Notes: generated by a model from the letters alone, not told the origin. DNA of 64,000 bases from Promethearchaeota archaeon (GCA_030599585.1 JAUVNS010000001.1:288001-352000); one strand, 5' to 3'. Counted from the stretch's first letter, positions 51,933 through 61,921 are shown. Numbers and translations: made by a program.

Positions 51933-52142
51933 AGTTTCACGACTCTTTATTTTGTTAGTAATAAGTTTGATTTCTGAATTAGCTTTTCTAATTCTTGTAG
52001 TTTGATACTTAAATATATATATAGATTAAACTAATTTAAATTTATTTTCCTTTGAGTATCTCAAGCTTTTTTTTCTGACATATCGCTTATTTATTTGCAA
52101 ATAATTAAATGAATTAAAAGAAGATGATGGTTTTTTAAATGT

Positions 52143-54053
52143 TTAAGCTTCTCTCGGTCCTAAAAACAGATCTACGATTGAAAGCCATTTTTTTTTGGTA
52201 AGGGGATCGTCTATGCTTTCATTTACCATATCTTTCCCTTTATTGAGATTTTCAACTCCTAACTCGAGATTTCCAAGTGTTGTATAGCAAATACCTAATT
52301 TGATGTAAGTTTGGTAAATATACCAATCGTGACTGCCTAAAACCATAGCCTTTACGAATTTTTTAGCCGCTTCCTTATATTCTTCGAAATACATTAAAAT
52401 TTCACCGTAAGTATCATAATAAATTCCTGTCTCAGGTTCAATTTCTACGAGTTTCTGAATTATTTTTATAGCTTCTTCTTTTCTATCTAAAAATTGTAGC
52501 CAATACGCTTTATAATTAAGAAGATCGTGATCTTTTGGATATTTTTGAAGTAAATAGTTAATTATCTCTAACCCGCTTTCAATTTTCTTCATTTTTTTAA
52601 GGACAGAAGCTTTTTTAATTTTGATGTCCTTTTCATTTTCTGGGAAAACTTCTAGAAGATCATCTAATAATAATAAGGATTCGCTGTATTGGTTGAAGTA
52701 AATCAAAATTCTAATTTTTGAGTAGTGTAAATTAATGTTCATTGGATCTGATTCAAGTTCTTTTTCAATTTCTTTAACCTTTTCTTTGTATTGAAGCTCT
52801 AATTTATCAGAACCTTTAATTAGAAGTATATTTGACATATCTTGCCAAATTATTCCTTCTAATTTGTCATAAGACTCCTTTAATTCCTTTTTAGACTCAA
52901 CTTTATACGCTAAATATTTAATATATTCTGGTAGAAACTCTCTTAATGACGCGTTTAATTCTTTAGTAAATAAGAATTCATTACTCCTGTTTACGATATC
53001 ATTTACAATGGATTTCATATCTATAATAGGCATAGTTGGCGTTGGTTTTGAAAAAAGTTTATTCAAATAAGAATTTTTAGCGATTTTATTCTCGGTAATT
53101 ATTCTAAGCATTTTTTCTAGTGTTCTGTCTGATTGAAAGTAGTATTGTTCACCTGAAGGTTGCCTTAACTTAAAAAATCTTAATGGATATATTTTACCCC
53201 CTGAAATCTCATCAATATAATAATCAAGTGTAGTTTTTTTTATTTTATAAAATTTTGAGAAATCTTCAGAGGAAATAAAGTTTGGATAATGATCCGGATG
53301 ATTAATTGAAAGAAATAGTAATATCTTATGAAAAATCTCCACATCTTTTAATAGCGGCTTAACTTTTTCATAATCTAATCTTAGTATATTGTTAAGAAAC
53401 CTAAATTGTATATCCTCATCTTTGATATTATATTTTTCAAAAAATTGAAGGGTTTTTTTTGTGATATCTTCGATCCTTTTACCCTCCTCCTCTAAGATAG
53501 TTTGTCGATCTAAATTGTAATTCTGAAGCATCCTTGAATATTCTGATTTACCTGCTCGCGTAATTACATATTTTCCATCCTCTTTTATTATAAAAGCTTT
53601 TTCGACTAATAGACTCAAATTCTTTGACAATGAAGATTGGTTTATGGATAAAGGATCTTCAAGGAAGTCAGACCTTTTGCAAAAATTATTGTTGTAAACC
53701 ATCCAAAGAATCCAATGAGCGTAAATTCTTCCACTTTTTAATATTATTTTAGGAGGATAATTTAGGTTACGCAACAACTTCTTAGCACTTGAAAGCTCAT
53801 AGAATTCTTTTTTTCCCTTTGATGTAATTCTGTAATGCCCTCTAGTATATTTTTCTACATAACCCTTGCGTTTTAGCGCTTCTAAATGTCTAGATAAAGT
53901 ACCTGGAGGAATTTCAAGTGGTTCTTGACAAAAATCTGCCCATTTACATATCTCATTATTATTCAACATCCAGAGAATTATATGGTCATAATTCGGTTTA
54001 TTCCATTTAGAGGGGCTATGGATCTTATCTGGAGGATAATTAATGCTTCCCAT
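52143..54053 (-). CDS. Tandem winged-helix + C-terminal TPR protein (putative transcription regulator)
   Basis: Two copies of NYPP...Y.H.ILWM..NN..C...DF...PL.I....LS..L..L..K......Y.IT..GK; TPR consensus in the C-terminal third. Confidence 0.8.
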   Translation of the reverse strand: MGSINYPPDKIHSPSKWNKPNYDHIILWMLNNNEICKWADFCQEPLEIPPGTLSRHLEALKRKGYVEKYTRGHYRITSKGKKEFYELSSAKKLLRNLNYPPKIILKSGRIYAHWILWMVYNNNFCKRSDFLEDPLSINQSSLSKNLSLLVEKAFIIKEDGKYVITRAGKSEYSRMLQNYNLDRQTILEEEGKRIEDITKKTLQFFEKYNIKDEDIQFRFLNNILRLDYEKVKPLLKDVEIFHKILLFLSINHPDHYPNFISSEDFSKFYKIKKTTLDYYIDEISGGKIYPLRFFKLRQPSGEQYYFQSDRTLEKMLRIITENKIAKNSYLNKLFSKPTPTMPIIDMKSIVNDIVNRSNEFLFTKELNASLREFLPEYIKYLAYKVESKKELKESYDKLEGIIWQDMSNILLIKGSDKLELQYKEKVKEIEKELESDPMNINLHYSKIRILIYFNQYSESLLLLDDLLEVFPENEKDIKIKKASVLKKMKKIESGLEIINYLLQKYPKDHDLLNYKAYWLQFLDRKEEAIKIIQKLVEIEPETGIYYDTYGEILMYFEEYKEAAKKFVKAMVLGSHDWYIYQTYIKLGICYTTLGNLELGVENLNKGKDMVNESIDDPLTKKKWLSIVDLFLGPREA

Positions 54054-54130
54054 AATTTGAGAGAAATAAATCTTGTTTTTCTGAATTATAGATCAGAATC
54101 TATTCTATTTATATTTATTTCATGAAACTT

Positions 54131-54225
54131 TCATAAAAACTCGAAACTATCGCGAAACTATCGATAACTCAATTATAAATGCAACAATGTCTCAACATTT
54201 AATTAATCATCATAAAGATGATAAA
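54131..54225 (+). promoter_or_regulatory. Promoter copy 1: tandem 11-bp direct repeat, TATA box and downstream inverted repeat
   Basis: CGAAACTATCG x2 (54142-54163), TTATAAAT (54173-54180), ATCATC-5-GATGAT (54206-54222); near-duplicated at 56822-56913. Confidence 0.75.
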
Positions 54226-54260
54226 AACGAAATTTAACAAAAAAGAGTTGATCTAAAAAA

Positions 54261-54656
54261 ATGACTGAAATTAAAAAAATTACTAAGATTGCCTTGCTTT
54301 GGTACGGTGTAGCAGGTATACTTTTTGCGTTTTTTTACTTGGTACTTACCGATTTATATGTAGCTATGACACAATGGCCATTTAACGACCCTGTTATGTT
54401 TTGGAGTTTAGGAGGGACCTTGTTAGTTATTGGGATAGCTTCACTAATGGCATTTTTTAAAAAAGAATGGGAGGAAATAAAGCTATTTTTCCTGTTTTCG
54501 ATGATGTGGTTACTATATTTTATAATCATGAATATCATTACTATAGTACTATTAAGTTTACCCGAGATGGCCCTAATGAGTCAGATAACTAATATAATGC
54601 TCTTAACATTCAATATAGTCCTAGGTACAATCTGCTGGATAAAACAAAAAAGTTAA
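54261..54656 (+). CDS. Hypothetical 4-TM membrane protein
   Basis: Four hydrophobic segments, WPF.DP loop. Confidence 0.75.
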   Translation: MTEIKKITKIALLWYGVAGILFAFFYLVLTDLYVAMTQWPFNDPVMFWSLGGTLLVIGIASLMAFFKKEWEEIKLFFLFSMMWLLYFIIMNIITIVLLSLPEMALMSQITNIMLLTFNIVLGTICWIKQKS

Positions 54657-54797
54657 ATCAATAGAAATATCAAAATCTTAAATTTTTTTTTCTTTTTTAG
54701 TATGTAATTAACTAGTTCTTATAGTTCATCAAACACTAGATTTAAAATTACGATTAGCTTAACTTATCTTAAGGTTATATCCAAATTTGTCATAATT

Positions 54798-56747
54798 ATG
54801 TCTAATCCAAAACTAAACAAATTAACAAGAGCAGAAGAACTTTTTGATGATGGTAAGCTTGACGAAGCTCTTGAACTCTTAAATGATAAAAGCCAATTTG
54901 AAGGGCTCAATTTTGAAAAAAAAAACCATTTTCAATCTCTTAAAGGCTTAATATTACTATATCAGAATAAAAACCTTGAACTTATTGAGTTAGGAGAACT
55001 CATGTTTAAAGAGGGCCAAGCTCTTAAAGAAAATCTCCATAGCTCTGACGGATTATTTTTTAATGCCATGGGATTAGATCTAGAAAAAAGATTTGAGGAA
55101 GCGTTTAATAGGATTGGACAAGCTGAGACTTTATTAGGACTCATTTCTAATGTACCAAAAAAAGTGATAAATCGAAGAGGATTTCGCTTAAATGTACTAA
55201 AAACAATGATTTATATACATATGGGTAAGATAGACATAGCAGAGAAGTGTTTAAAAGAACTCTTACACTCCCAAGATGACCCTAATATTTCATGGGAGCT
55301 AATTTGGGCATACACAAATATGGCATATATTAAATTGATAATGAGAGGAAGGTCTGATCTTGCTTTGGAATACGCTGAGAAAGCGATGAGTCTTGCGAAG
55401 AAAATAAAATTTAACCACTACTGGTTAGGTTATTGTCACATTGGTATGGGGTCTTTACACATGCAAAGATGCGAGTATGAAATGAGTTTTGAGCATCATA
55501 TGAAGAGTTTAGCGTATTTTAAACGGATAAATAACATTTGGTTTATTGCGCATTTATATAACAACCTGGGTAATTTACATTGCATTAAAGGAGAATGTGA
55601 CATCGCTTTGAAATATTTGGAGGAAGCTTTAATACTTTGGGAGCCATATTCGCTAATGAAGGATGCTTGTCTTGATTCTATGATATGGGTATCTCTTGAA
55701 AATGGAGATATTGAACGTGCTCAAAGATATTTTCAACAATTGGAAAATTTGTACAATGAAAATAAAAGTTCTCCTCTCAAAGTGCTTTACAAATTCAATA
55801 AAGCTAGAATATTAAAAAGAAGTTCTCGAATCCGAGATAAAGCTAAAGCTGAAGAATTATTGAAACAGGTCATCGAAAATGAATATCATTTTTTTGAAAT
55901 AAAAATTGCTGCCCATGTCAATCTTTGCGACTTACTACTAGCGGAGTTTCGTGTAAATAATAATAGTGAGGTCCTTGAAGAAGTAAATAGATATATTGAC
56001 AATTTATTATCCATTGCTGAAGCGTCTGGCTCGTACAATATTTTTTGTAATACTTTCATTCTTCAAGCAAAATTAGCCTTAATAAACTTTGATATGAAAG
56101 CAGCTCGTCGATTTTTAACCCAAGCTCAAAAAATTGCAGAATCTCACGGAATTAAGCGATTAGCAATGAAAGTTTCTCAAGAACACGATGAATTAATTAA
56201 ACAATCGAAACTGTGGGAGAATTTAAACGAATCAGAATTGCCTTTATCTGAACGCTGGAAGCTCGCAGGTTTGAATGAACAAATAGAGAATATGGTCAGA
56301 AAACGAATGATTGCAGTTCCTGAGCTTTCTAATGAGGAGCCCGTGCTACTTTTAATTGTATCCGAAGGAGGTGTTCCTTTTTTTTCACATTCTTTTGTAG
56401 AAGATAAATCGTTTAGATCTCACCTCTTTGGGGGTTTTCTAAGCACAATCGATTATTTTATTAAAGAAACATTTTCTGAAGGATTAGACAGAGCAGTTTT
56501 CGGTGAACATACTCTTCTTATGAAATCTGTTCCGCCTTTCTTTATTTCCTATATTTTTAAAGGCGATTCTTATTATGCTCTTCAAAAAGTAGATTATTTC
56601 AAAGATCATTTACAAAAAGAAGAAGATATTTGGCAAAATTTGCTTAAAAATTTTCAAAAAAACACTGCTGTTCAGTTAAAAGATTACCCCTTACTTGAAT
56701 CTCTAATAACAGAGACATTTATCGCCAAAAGGATTGTATTTGGATAA
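54798..56747 (+). CDS. TPR protein with C-terminal longin-like domain
   Basis: TPR repeats (NNLGNLH...G...AL.YLEEAL); C-terminal LLIVSEGGVPFFSHSF...LFGGFLSTIDYF longin pattern. Confidence 0.8.
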   Translation: MSNPKLNKLTRAEELFDDGKLDEALELLNDKSQFEGLNFEKKNHFQSLKGLILLYQNKNLELIELGELMFKEGQALKENLHSSDGLFFNAMGLDLEKRFEEAFNRIGQAETLLGLISNVPKKVINRRGFRLNVLKTMIYIHMGKIDIAEKCLKELLHSQDDPNISWELIWAYTNMAYIKLIMRGRSDLALEYAEKAMSLAKKIKFNHYWLGYCHIGMGSLHMQRCEYEMSFEHHMKSLAYFKRINNIWFIAHLYNNLGNLHCIKGECDIALKYLEEALILWEPYSLMKDACLDSMIWVSLENGDIERAQRYFQQLENLYNENKSSPLKVLYKFNKARILKRSSRIRDKAKAEELLKQVIENEYHFFEIKIAAHVNLCDLLLAEFRVNNNSEVLEEVNRYIDNLLSIAEASGSYNIFCNTFILQAKLALINFDMKAARRFLTQAQKIAESHGIKRLAMKVSQEHDELIKQSKLWENLNESELPLSERWKLAGLNEQIENMVRKRMIAVPELSNEEPVLLLIVSEGGVPFFSHSFVEDKSFRSHLFGGFLSTIDYFIKETFSEGLDRAVFGEHTLLMKSVPPFFISYIFKGDSYYALQKVDYFKDHLQKEEDIWQNLLKNFQKNTAVQLKDYPLLESLITETFIAKRIVFG

Positions 56748-56821
56748 TTTTAACTTTGAGTTTTCTGCTTTTAAATTGATGTTGGAAAATTTAATTTAAC
56801 TCTATACATTTTTCAAAAATT

Positions 56822-56913
56822 CCATAAAAAATCGAAACTATCGTAAAACTATCGATTGCTCAATTATAAATGCAACTATATCTCATCAATCTCTGATCAT
56901 CATAGATGATAAA
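56822..56913 (+). promoter_or_regulatory. Promoter copy 2: tandem 11-bp direct repeat, TATA box and downstream inverted repeat
   Basis: CGAAACTATCG-TAAAACTATCG (56833-56854), TTATAAAT (56864-56871), ATCATC-3-GATGAT (56896-56910). Confidence 0.75.
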
Positions 56914-56950
56914 TTTAAAGATAAACCTAAACAAAGAGGTATAATAAAAA

Positions 56951-57583
56951 ATGAAAAAAACAAAAATTTTTCTACTAGCGACTTTGGGAATATGCATGTT
57001 AACCTTTATACCAGCAGCCCTAGGAGCGGCAGAGAATAGACCAATTTCGGCCTTTACTGCCACTAACCCTAATGTAGCAGCATGGTCGGATCCTGAGTCT
57101 GGGTTGACCGTTTTTCCTCATGGATTTTATTTGTTTGGTTTGGATGGCTTAGAAAGCATCGCAGAATGTGATCATCATGGTTCTGTACTCGTGAAAGACT
57201 TGAAAGATGGACGTATTTTGTATAAAGTGAATTTACATGTAGAGGGTGCATCAATGTTTGTTGCCAATGCCACCACAGTGATATTTGCAGGAGAAATGGA
57301 CTATAGTTTCCAAGTAACCATGATTGTTTATGAAGGAGAACTCAGCGATCCTATTCCATATCTTCTTGCCATATGGTTCCCAGCAGCACTAGGAATAGAG
57401 CCTATAGGCGAAGGTACGTTTTCACATATAACGGGGAGTGGTACTGGGACATTTGTTGATGATTATGCAGCAATTAGACTAGGTTTTGCTCCTGGAGCCA
57501 TTGCGAAGCTAAAGATCAATCAAGTTGGTATTTTAAGGTCAGAGCGAGAAATGTGGCCCGTAGAATTAATATTTATACACTAA
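56951..57583 (+). CDS. Secreted hypothetical beta-rich protein
   Basis: Signal peptide MKKTKIFLLATLGICML...ALGA; GAGGT SD-like sequence upstream. Confidence 0.75.
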   Translation: MKKTKIFLLATLGICMLTFIPAALGAAENRPISAFTATNPNVAAWSDPESGLTVFPHGFYLFGLDGLESIAECDHHGSVLVKDLKDGRILYKVNLHVEGASMFVANATTVIFAGEMDYSFQVTMIVYEGELSDPIPYLLAIWFPAALGIEPIGEGTFSHITGSGTGTFVDDYAAIRLGFAPGAIAKLKINQVGILRSEREMWPVELIFIH

Positions 57584-57638
57584 AAAAGCCAAATACAAGT
57601 ACCATAATAAATATAAAGAAAAAATTTGTCTTAATTAA

Positions 57639-57706
57639 AAATATAGAAAAGGGAGGAACTAGAGATAGGGAGGGAATTCCTCCATTCTATATTTCTTTTT
57701 TTTTTT
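57639..57706 (+). terminator. Stem-loop followed by a long T-tract
   Basis: AAATATAGAA..GGAGGAA / TTCCTCC.TTCTATATTT, then a T run. Confidence 0.6.
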
Positions 57707-57921
57707 AACTTATAATAGCTTTCGTAAAAATAATCATTTATTAATGGAAAACAGAGTGATCATGATGTTTGGCACATATTTAAAAAATTCCATCAACTGA
57801 AGAAAGACTTTAACATCTAAGAATTGCTGTTAAAATATTCATTTTGCTAAACTTTTATAATATACAATATCTAATTCTACATTATAGTAAAAATATAATA
57901 CGAGAAGCACTAAATTATTTA

Positions 57922-58476
57922 ATGACGAATCCTCAAGAATTTGGATTTAAGATTTCCATAATAGGAGATGGAGGGGTAGGAAAGACATCCTTAATTAAAA
58001 AATTCACTAAAGGCACTTTCGAAAAAGATTACAACCAGACTATCGGTGCCCAATTTACAATATATGATATGGAAATTGATGGGGATTTAATTAATTTAAT
58101 ATTCTGGGATATTGCTGGACAAGATGATTTTAAATTTTTGCATCCTTTATTTTACAGGGAAAGTAGGGGGTGTATAATTGTTTTTAGCCTTGAAGAAAAT
58201 GATTTAGGTGAAGAAAGTTTTAACCATATAGAAAATTGGCATAACGAACTCAAGAAGTATTGTAGCGATATTCCCGTGGTTCTATTTGCTAATAAAGTTG
58301 ATCTAATAGAGGAAGCCAATTTAATCAAAACGAACATTCAAGAGGTTATAAAGGAAAGAAATTTTCTCGGATATTTCCTAACATCAGCAAAAATGGGAAA
58401 AGGAGTTCATGAGGCTTTCAAAGCGATCATTGAAAAACTATATTATAAGTATAAAGATTTATCTTCCGAATTATAA
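57922..58476 (+). CDS. Rab/Ras-like small GTPase
   Basis: G1 GDGGVGKTS, G2 QTIG, G3 WDIAGQ, G4 NKVD, G5 TSAK; start MTNPQEF; no CAAX. Confidence 0.93.
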   Translation: MTNPQEFGFKISIIGDGGVGKTSLIKKFTKGTFEKDYNQTIGAQFTIYDMEIDGDLINLIFWDIAGQDDFKFLHPLFYRESRGCIIVFSLEENDLGEESFNHIENWHNELKKYCSDIPVVLFANKVDLIEEANLIKTNIQEVIKERNFLGYFLTSAKMGKGVHEAFKAIIEKLYYKYKDLSSEL

Positions 58477-58625
58477 AACAATGAAACAATATATCAATGT
58501 TTTAATGGACAATTCTTTTTCTCCGTAATTTTTTATTTTTAAGTCCCTTTTTTTTGAGTTAAAAAATAAATTTTTAAGCATTTGTTTTATATTATTATTA
58601 AATATTATTATTTGAGAAGATTATT

Positions 58626-58910
58626 TTGATCAATCGACAAGAAGTCAAGAACATCATACGTCGCTTCGAAGAACGCGAGGGAATAAGGGGTGTGATCATC
58701 TGCGATTCAAGTGGTTTACCGATAGATTCTAACATGGATATCGAAATAAGTGAAGAGATATCCGCTTACGTTACATCCTTAATTGGAAAGGGAAAACAAG
58801 TCGTGGAAGCTTTAAAGGAAGGAGGTTTGAAGTTTATACGCCTGGAGACAAATAAAGGAGAGACTATGATTGCTCTTGAAGAATCGCTTATTTTAATTAT
58901 CCTTAAGTAG
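58626..58910 (+). CDS. Roadblock/LC7 domain protein
   Basis: GIRGVIICDSSGLPIDS...FIRLETNKGE, resembling dynein light chain Roadblock. Confidence 0.9.
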   Translation: MINRQEVKNIIRRFEEREGIRGVIICDSSGLPIDSNMDIEISEEISAYVTSLIGKGKQVVEALKEGGLKFIRLETNKGETMIALEESLILIILK

Positions 58911-58976
58911 CCCATCTTTTATTTTCTTGATCTTATCTGAGTAAACAACTTGTTCTTACATATATTTTTTTAAAAA

Positions 58977-59609
58977 TTAAAGAAAAAATTTCCTAAACAT
59001 ATTATTTGTTCTTTCTTCTCCTACAGTTGATAAACCCATATGCCCAGGGCATACGATAAAGCTATCGTTTATTTTCTTATTATGCATAATCTTCTTTCTT
59101 ATACTTTCAAATAATAAATTCTGATTCCCACCTGGAAAATCTGATCTTCCAATACTTCCTCTAAAGAGTAAATCCCCCGTGAACACTATACCGCTAATTT
59201 CGTTTCCTCTGAACTTATTAACATCGGAAGTGTAAAAGCACAAAGATCCTGGACTATGACCTGGTGTTTCTAAAGTAAGGAGGTTTATCTTTCCGATTTT
59301 AATTACATCTCCCTCAACTAACCACCGGTTAGCTTCTTTTTGTTTGAATGTTCCAGAATCGTATTCTTTCTTATTATACATCAGGGGTATTTGAAAGTGG
59401 CGCATTATTTTGCCTACTTTTGTTGTGTGATCGAAATGACCGTGCGTTAACAAAACTGCAATTGGTTTTCCGTTCAATTCGTCAATACTCCTAATTATAG
59501 CTTCGGCGTTTCCTCCTGGATCTATTACAACAATTTCTTTGGTCTTGTCTGATCCAAAAATATAGCAATTAGTACCCAATTGTCCTACGATAAGCTTTTT
59601 GAAAATCAT
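58977..59609 (-). CDS. MBL-fold metallo-hydrolase (glyoxalase II/YcbL-like)
   Basis: THGHFDH, TPGHSPGS, FTGD, PGH; start at 59609 after an AGGAG SD. Confidence 0.92.
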   Translation of the reverse strand: MIFKKLIVGQLGTNCYIFGSDKTKEIVVIDPGGNAEAIIRSIDELNGKPIAVLLTHGHFDHTTKVGKIMRHFQIPLMYNKKEYDSGTFKQKEANRWLVEGDVIKIGKINLLTLETPGHSPGSLCFYTSDVNKFRGNEISGIVFTGDLLFRGSIGRSDFPGGNQNLLFESIRKKIMHNKKINDSFIVCPGHMGLSTVGEERTNNMFRKFFL

Positions 59610-59718
59610 TTTTTCGTAACTCCTTCTAATCATCTAAATATATCATCTTTTTAATAAAAAAAGAAAGAAAGATTAAAAATAACTGCTGAGAATATGAGAT
59701 TTTAGCACAAAGTGAAGT

Positions 59719-60006
59719 CTATTTATTGTTTATTAGATTATTAATTTCTACTAATCTATTATACACATCTAAACCTTTAGGCGTTAATTTTACATATTTC
59801 TTTTTGTTGTTCTGCTCAATCGCAATCAATCCCCTATCAATTAAATCCTCTTTAACTCGGAAATACGAATTGTAGTAGCTAAACTTGTTCAATTCGTTAT
59901 AAAAGGAGTGTTTATCGATTTTATGCCCTTTAGAATTCATTAGGACTTCTAATGTATCTCTAAAACCTTTCTTCTTTAAAAAGCTTATCAAATCATCAAT
60001 TGTCAT
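59719..60006 (-). CDS. Small winged-helix DNA-binding protein
   Basis: LIDRGLI...YVKLTPKG wing motif. Confidence 0.75.
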   Translation of the reverse strand: MTIDDLISFLKKKGFRDTLEVLMNSKGHKIDKHSFYNELNKFSYYNSYFRVKEDLIDRGLIAIEQNNKKKYVKLTPKGLDVYNRLVEINNLINNK

Positions 60007-60271
60007 TCTATCCCTTACCTTATTTAAATGGTATCAACTAAATTTACTTAAATGTAATAAAATAAAACTTTCAAAATTAAAAAACATTTTGAAAATAATT
60101 ATTAAGCCAATAATGAAATAAACAAATAATTTAAATTATGGGCTCAAATTCCCTAAAAACAAAATAATCCTTAAAGTTAAACGCTCATCAAAATAAACTG
60201 GAGTAAATTAGGTCACAATTCTCATATTAATTTATCAAAATTTATTACTTGGAAATAATTTTTAAACTTGA

Positions 60272-60997
60272 ATGGACTTTAGAAGATATTTTGAATTCGC
60301 AAAAGGTAACACACCAGTTATCCTATCTTGTCCTCATGGAGGATACAAAAAGCCAAAGAGAATACCAGATAAAACAGTCGGACCTCGAATTGCTGACAAG
60401 AATACGTACTTCATCGCAAAGTTGATTATAAGTTCATTAAAAGTTAGAAATATCCGAATTTTCTATATTCTTAACAAAATCCACAGAAGTAAAGTAGATT
60501 TAAATCGACCTTCGCAATCGGAAAGTTCCTACAATCGATCTTCTATTGAAGCCAAGACGATTTTTCATTCTTATCAAGAAATTTTGAACGATTTCGCTCA
60601 AGAGTGCGTATCAAACTACGGAAGAGCGTTAATAATAGATTTTCATGGATATACAAAGCCTTATAGAGAATATCCAGATGTAATTTTTGGTCACATCTTC
60701 GGGAAAACCCTCGACTTATTAGAAGATTTAAACAAGCAAGATTGTAAGAAATATTGGGGTTGTTCACAGTTACAAAACGAATTCTCTAAGCATTTCAAAA
60801 TGGACGATGGTCTGGCTTTAACGGAACATAATTTATCTTACTCTGGGGGATATATAACTCAACAATTTTTTAAAAAAAGCCAAATAAACGCCCTTCAAAT
60901 AGAGGTCGCAAAAAGCATTCGCTTGGACTTAAAACTTACAAAAACTCTTGTAAACGCATTCACAAAAGCCATTATCGAATCTATTAGTGAAACATGA
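60272..60997 (+). CDS. N-formylglutamate amidohydrolase-family protein
   Basis: ILSCPHGG, HRSKVDLNR, IDFHG, YSGGYIT, ALQIE. Confidence 0.85.
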   Translation: MDFRRYFEFAKGNTPVILSCPHGGYKKPKRIPDKTVGPRIADKNTYFIAKLIISSLKVRNIRIFYILNKIHRSKVDLNRPSQSESSYNRSSIEAKTIFHSYQEILNDFAQECVSNYGRALIIDFHGYTKPYREYPDVIFGHIFGKTLDLLEDLNKQDCKKYWGCSQLQNEFSKHFKMDDGLALTEHNLSYSGGYITQQFFKKSQINALQIEVAKSIRLDLKLTKTLVNAFTKAIIESISET

Positions 60998-61013
60998 ATT
61001 GAATTATTTTTAG

Positions 61014-61232
61014 TTATGCGTCACTAAAAATTTGATTTAGAAGCGTAAAGAAGAAAAATACCGCAAATAGTAGTAAAATAGCTGGAATAAAACCTAAAAT
61101 CTGAAGTGCAACCAAACTACTAATTATTGGAACAGGGTTAACGTAAAGAATGAAATAAACAAAAATAAACGATAGTAGAAAAAAAATTGTAAATGCTATA
61201 TCTTTACAGATATACTTTTTTTTCTCGTCCAT
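61014..61232 (-). CDS. Small 2-TM membrane protein
   Basis: MDEKKK + two TMs. Confidence 0.6.
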   Translation of the reverse strand: MDEKKKYICKDIAFTIFFLLSFIFVYFILYVNPVPIISSLVALQILGFIPAILLLFAVFFFFTLLNQIFSDA

Positions 61233-61288
61233 GGTAAATATGTAACTGATTAACCTATAAAAATGTTCTTATAATAATAATACAGCGC

Positions 61289-61498
61289 TCAGCCTTTCCG
61301 AATTACATAATGTAAAGCGGAAAAGAAAAAAAACCCCATAAAAAAAATAAGCGTTACCATGACTACAATAGTAATCTGATATTCCACCCAATTGTTAAAC
61401 TCAGCGATTACTAGAAAAGTAATAGCACAGATAACAGAGATTAAAAATACAATAAAAAGAAGTGTATATTTTAAAAAATCTTTTTTCCGTTCATGCAT
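61289..61498 (-). CDS. Small 2-TM membrane protein (similar to 61014-61232)
   Basis: MHERKK + two TMs. Confidence 0.6.
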   Translation of the reverse strand: MHERKKDFLKYTLLFIVFLISVICAITFLVIAEFNNWVEYQITIVVMVTLIFFMGFFFFSALHYVIRKG

Positions 61499-61582
61499 TG
61501 TTAAAATTGTAAATGAACATCCATCTTTAAGAATTGTGTCTATATTAATAGACTAAAATAGATGAATGCCAGATTAATTTTC

Positions 61583-61921
61583 TCAACTCATCATCTCGAG
61601 GACAACTATCAATATGCCATAAAGGATGTAAGGGATAAATGGAAGTATCAAAGCAATAAAGACTAAACCTATTGGTCCAATAAACCCTATACTAAGTGGA
61701 ATCCACCACCACGAAAGCCCTCCTCCAACCATAAGATAAACGGATACAATTAACCCTAAAATTGCACCTGCTATCAATAACCCTTTCATAGGCCCCTTAT
61801 GTAATAAATACGCATAGTATTTACCCATAAAAGAATTTTTACTCTCTATTAATGCTTTTCTATCCGAAATCTCCTCTTTTTCTTCAAGCACATATAATTG
61901 TTCTTCAATCACATTAACCAC
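61583..61921 (-). CDS. Hypothetical membrane protein
   Basis: Hydrophobic C-terminal half. Confidence 0.6.
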   Translation of the reverse strand: MVNVIEEQLYVLEEKEEISDRKALIESKNSFMGKYYAYLLHKGPMKGLLIAGAILGLIVSVYLMVGGGLSWWWIPLSIGFIGPIGLVFIALILPFIPYILYGILIVVLEMMS

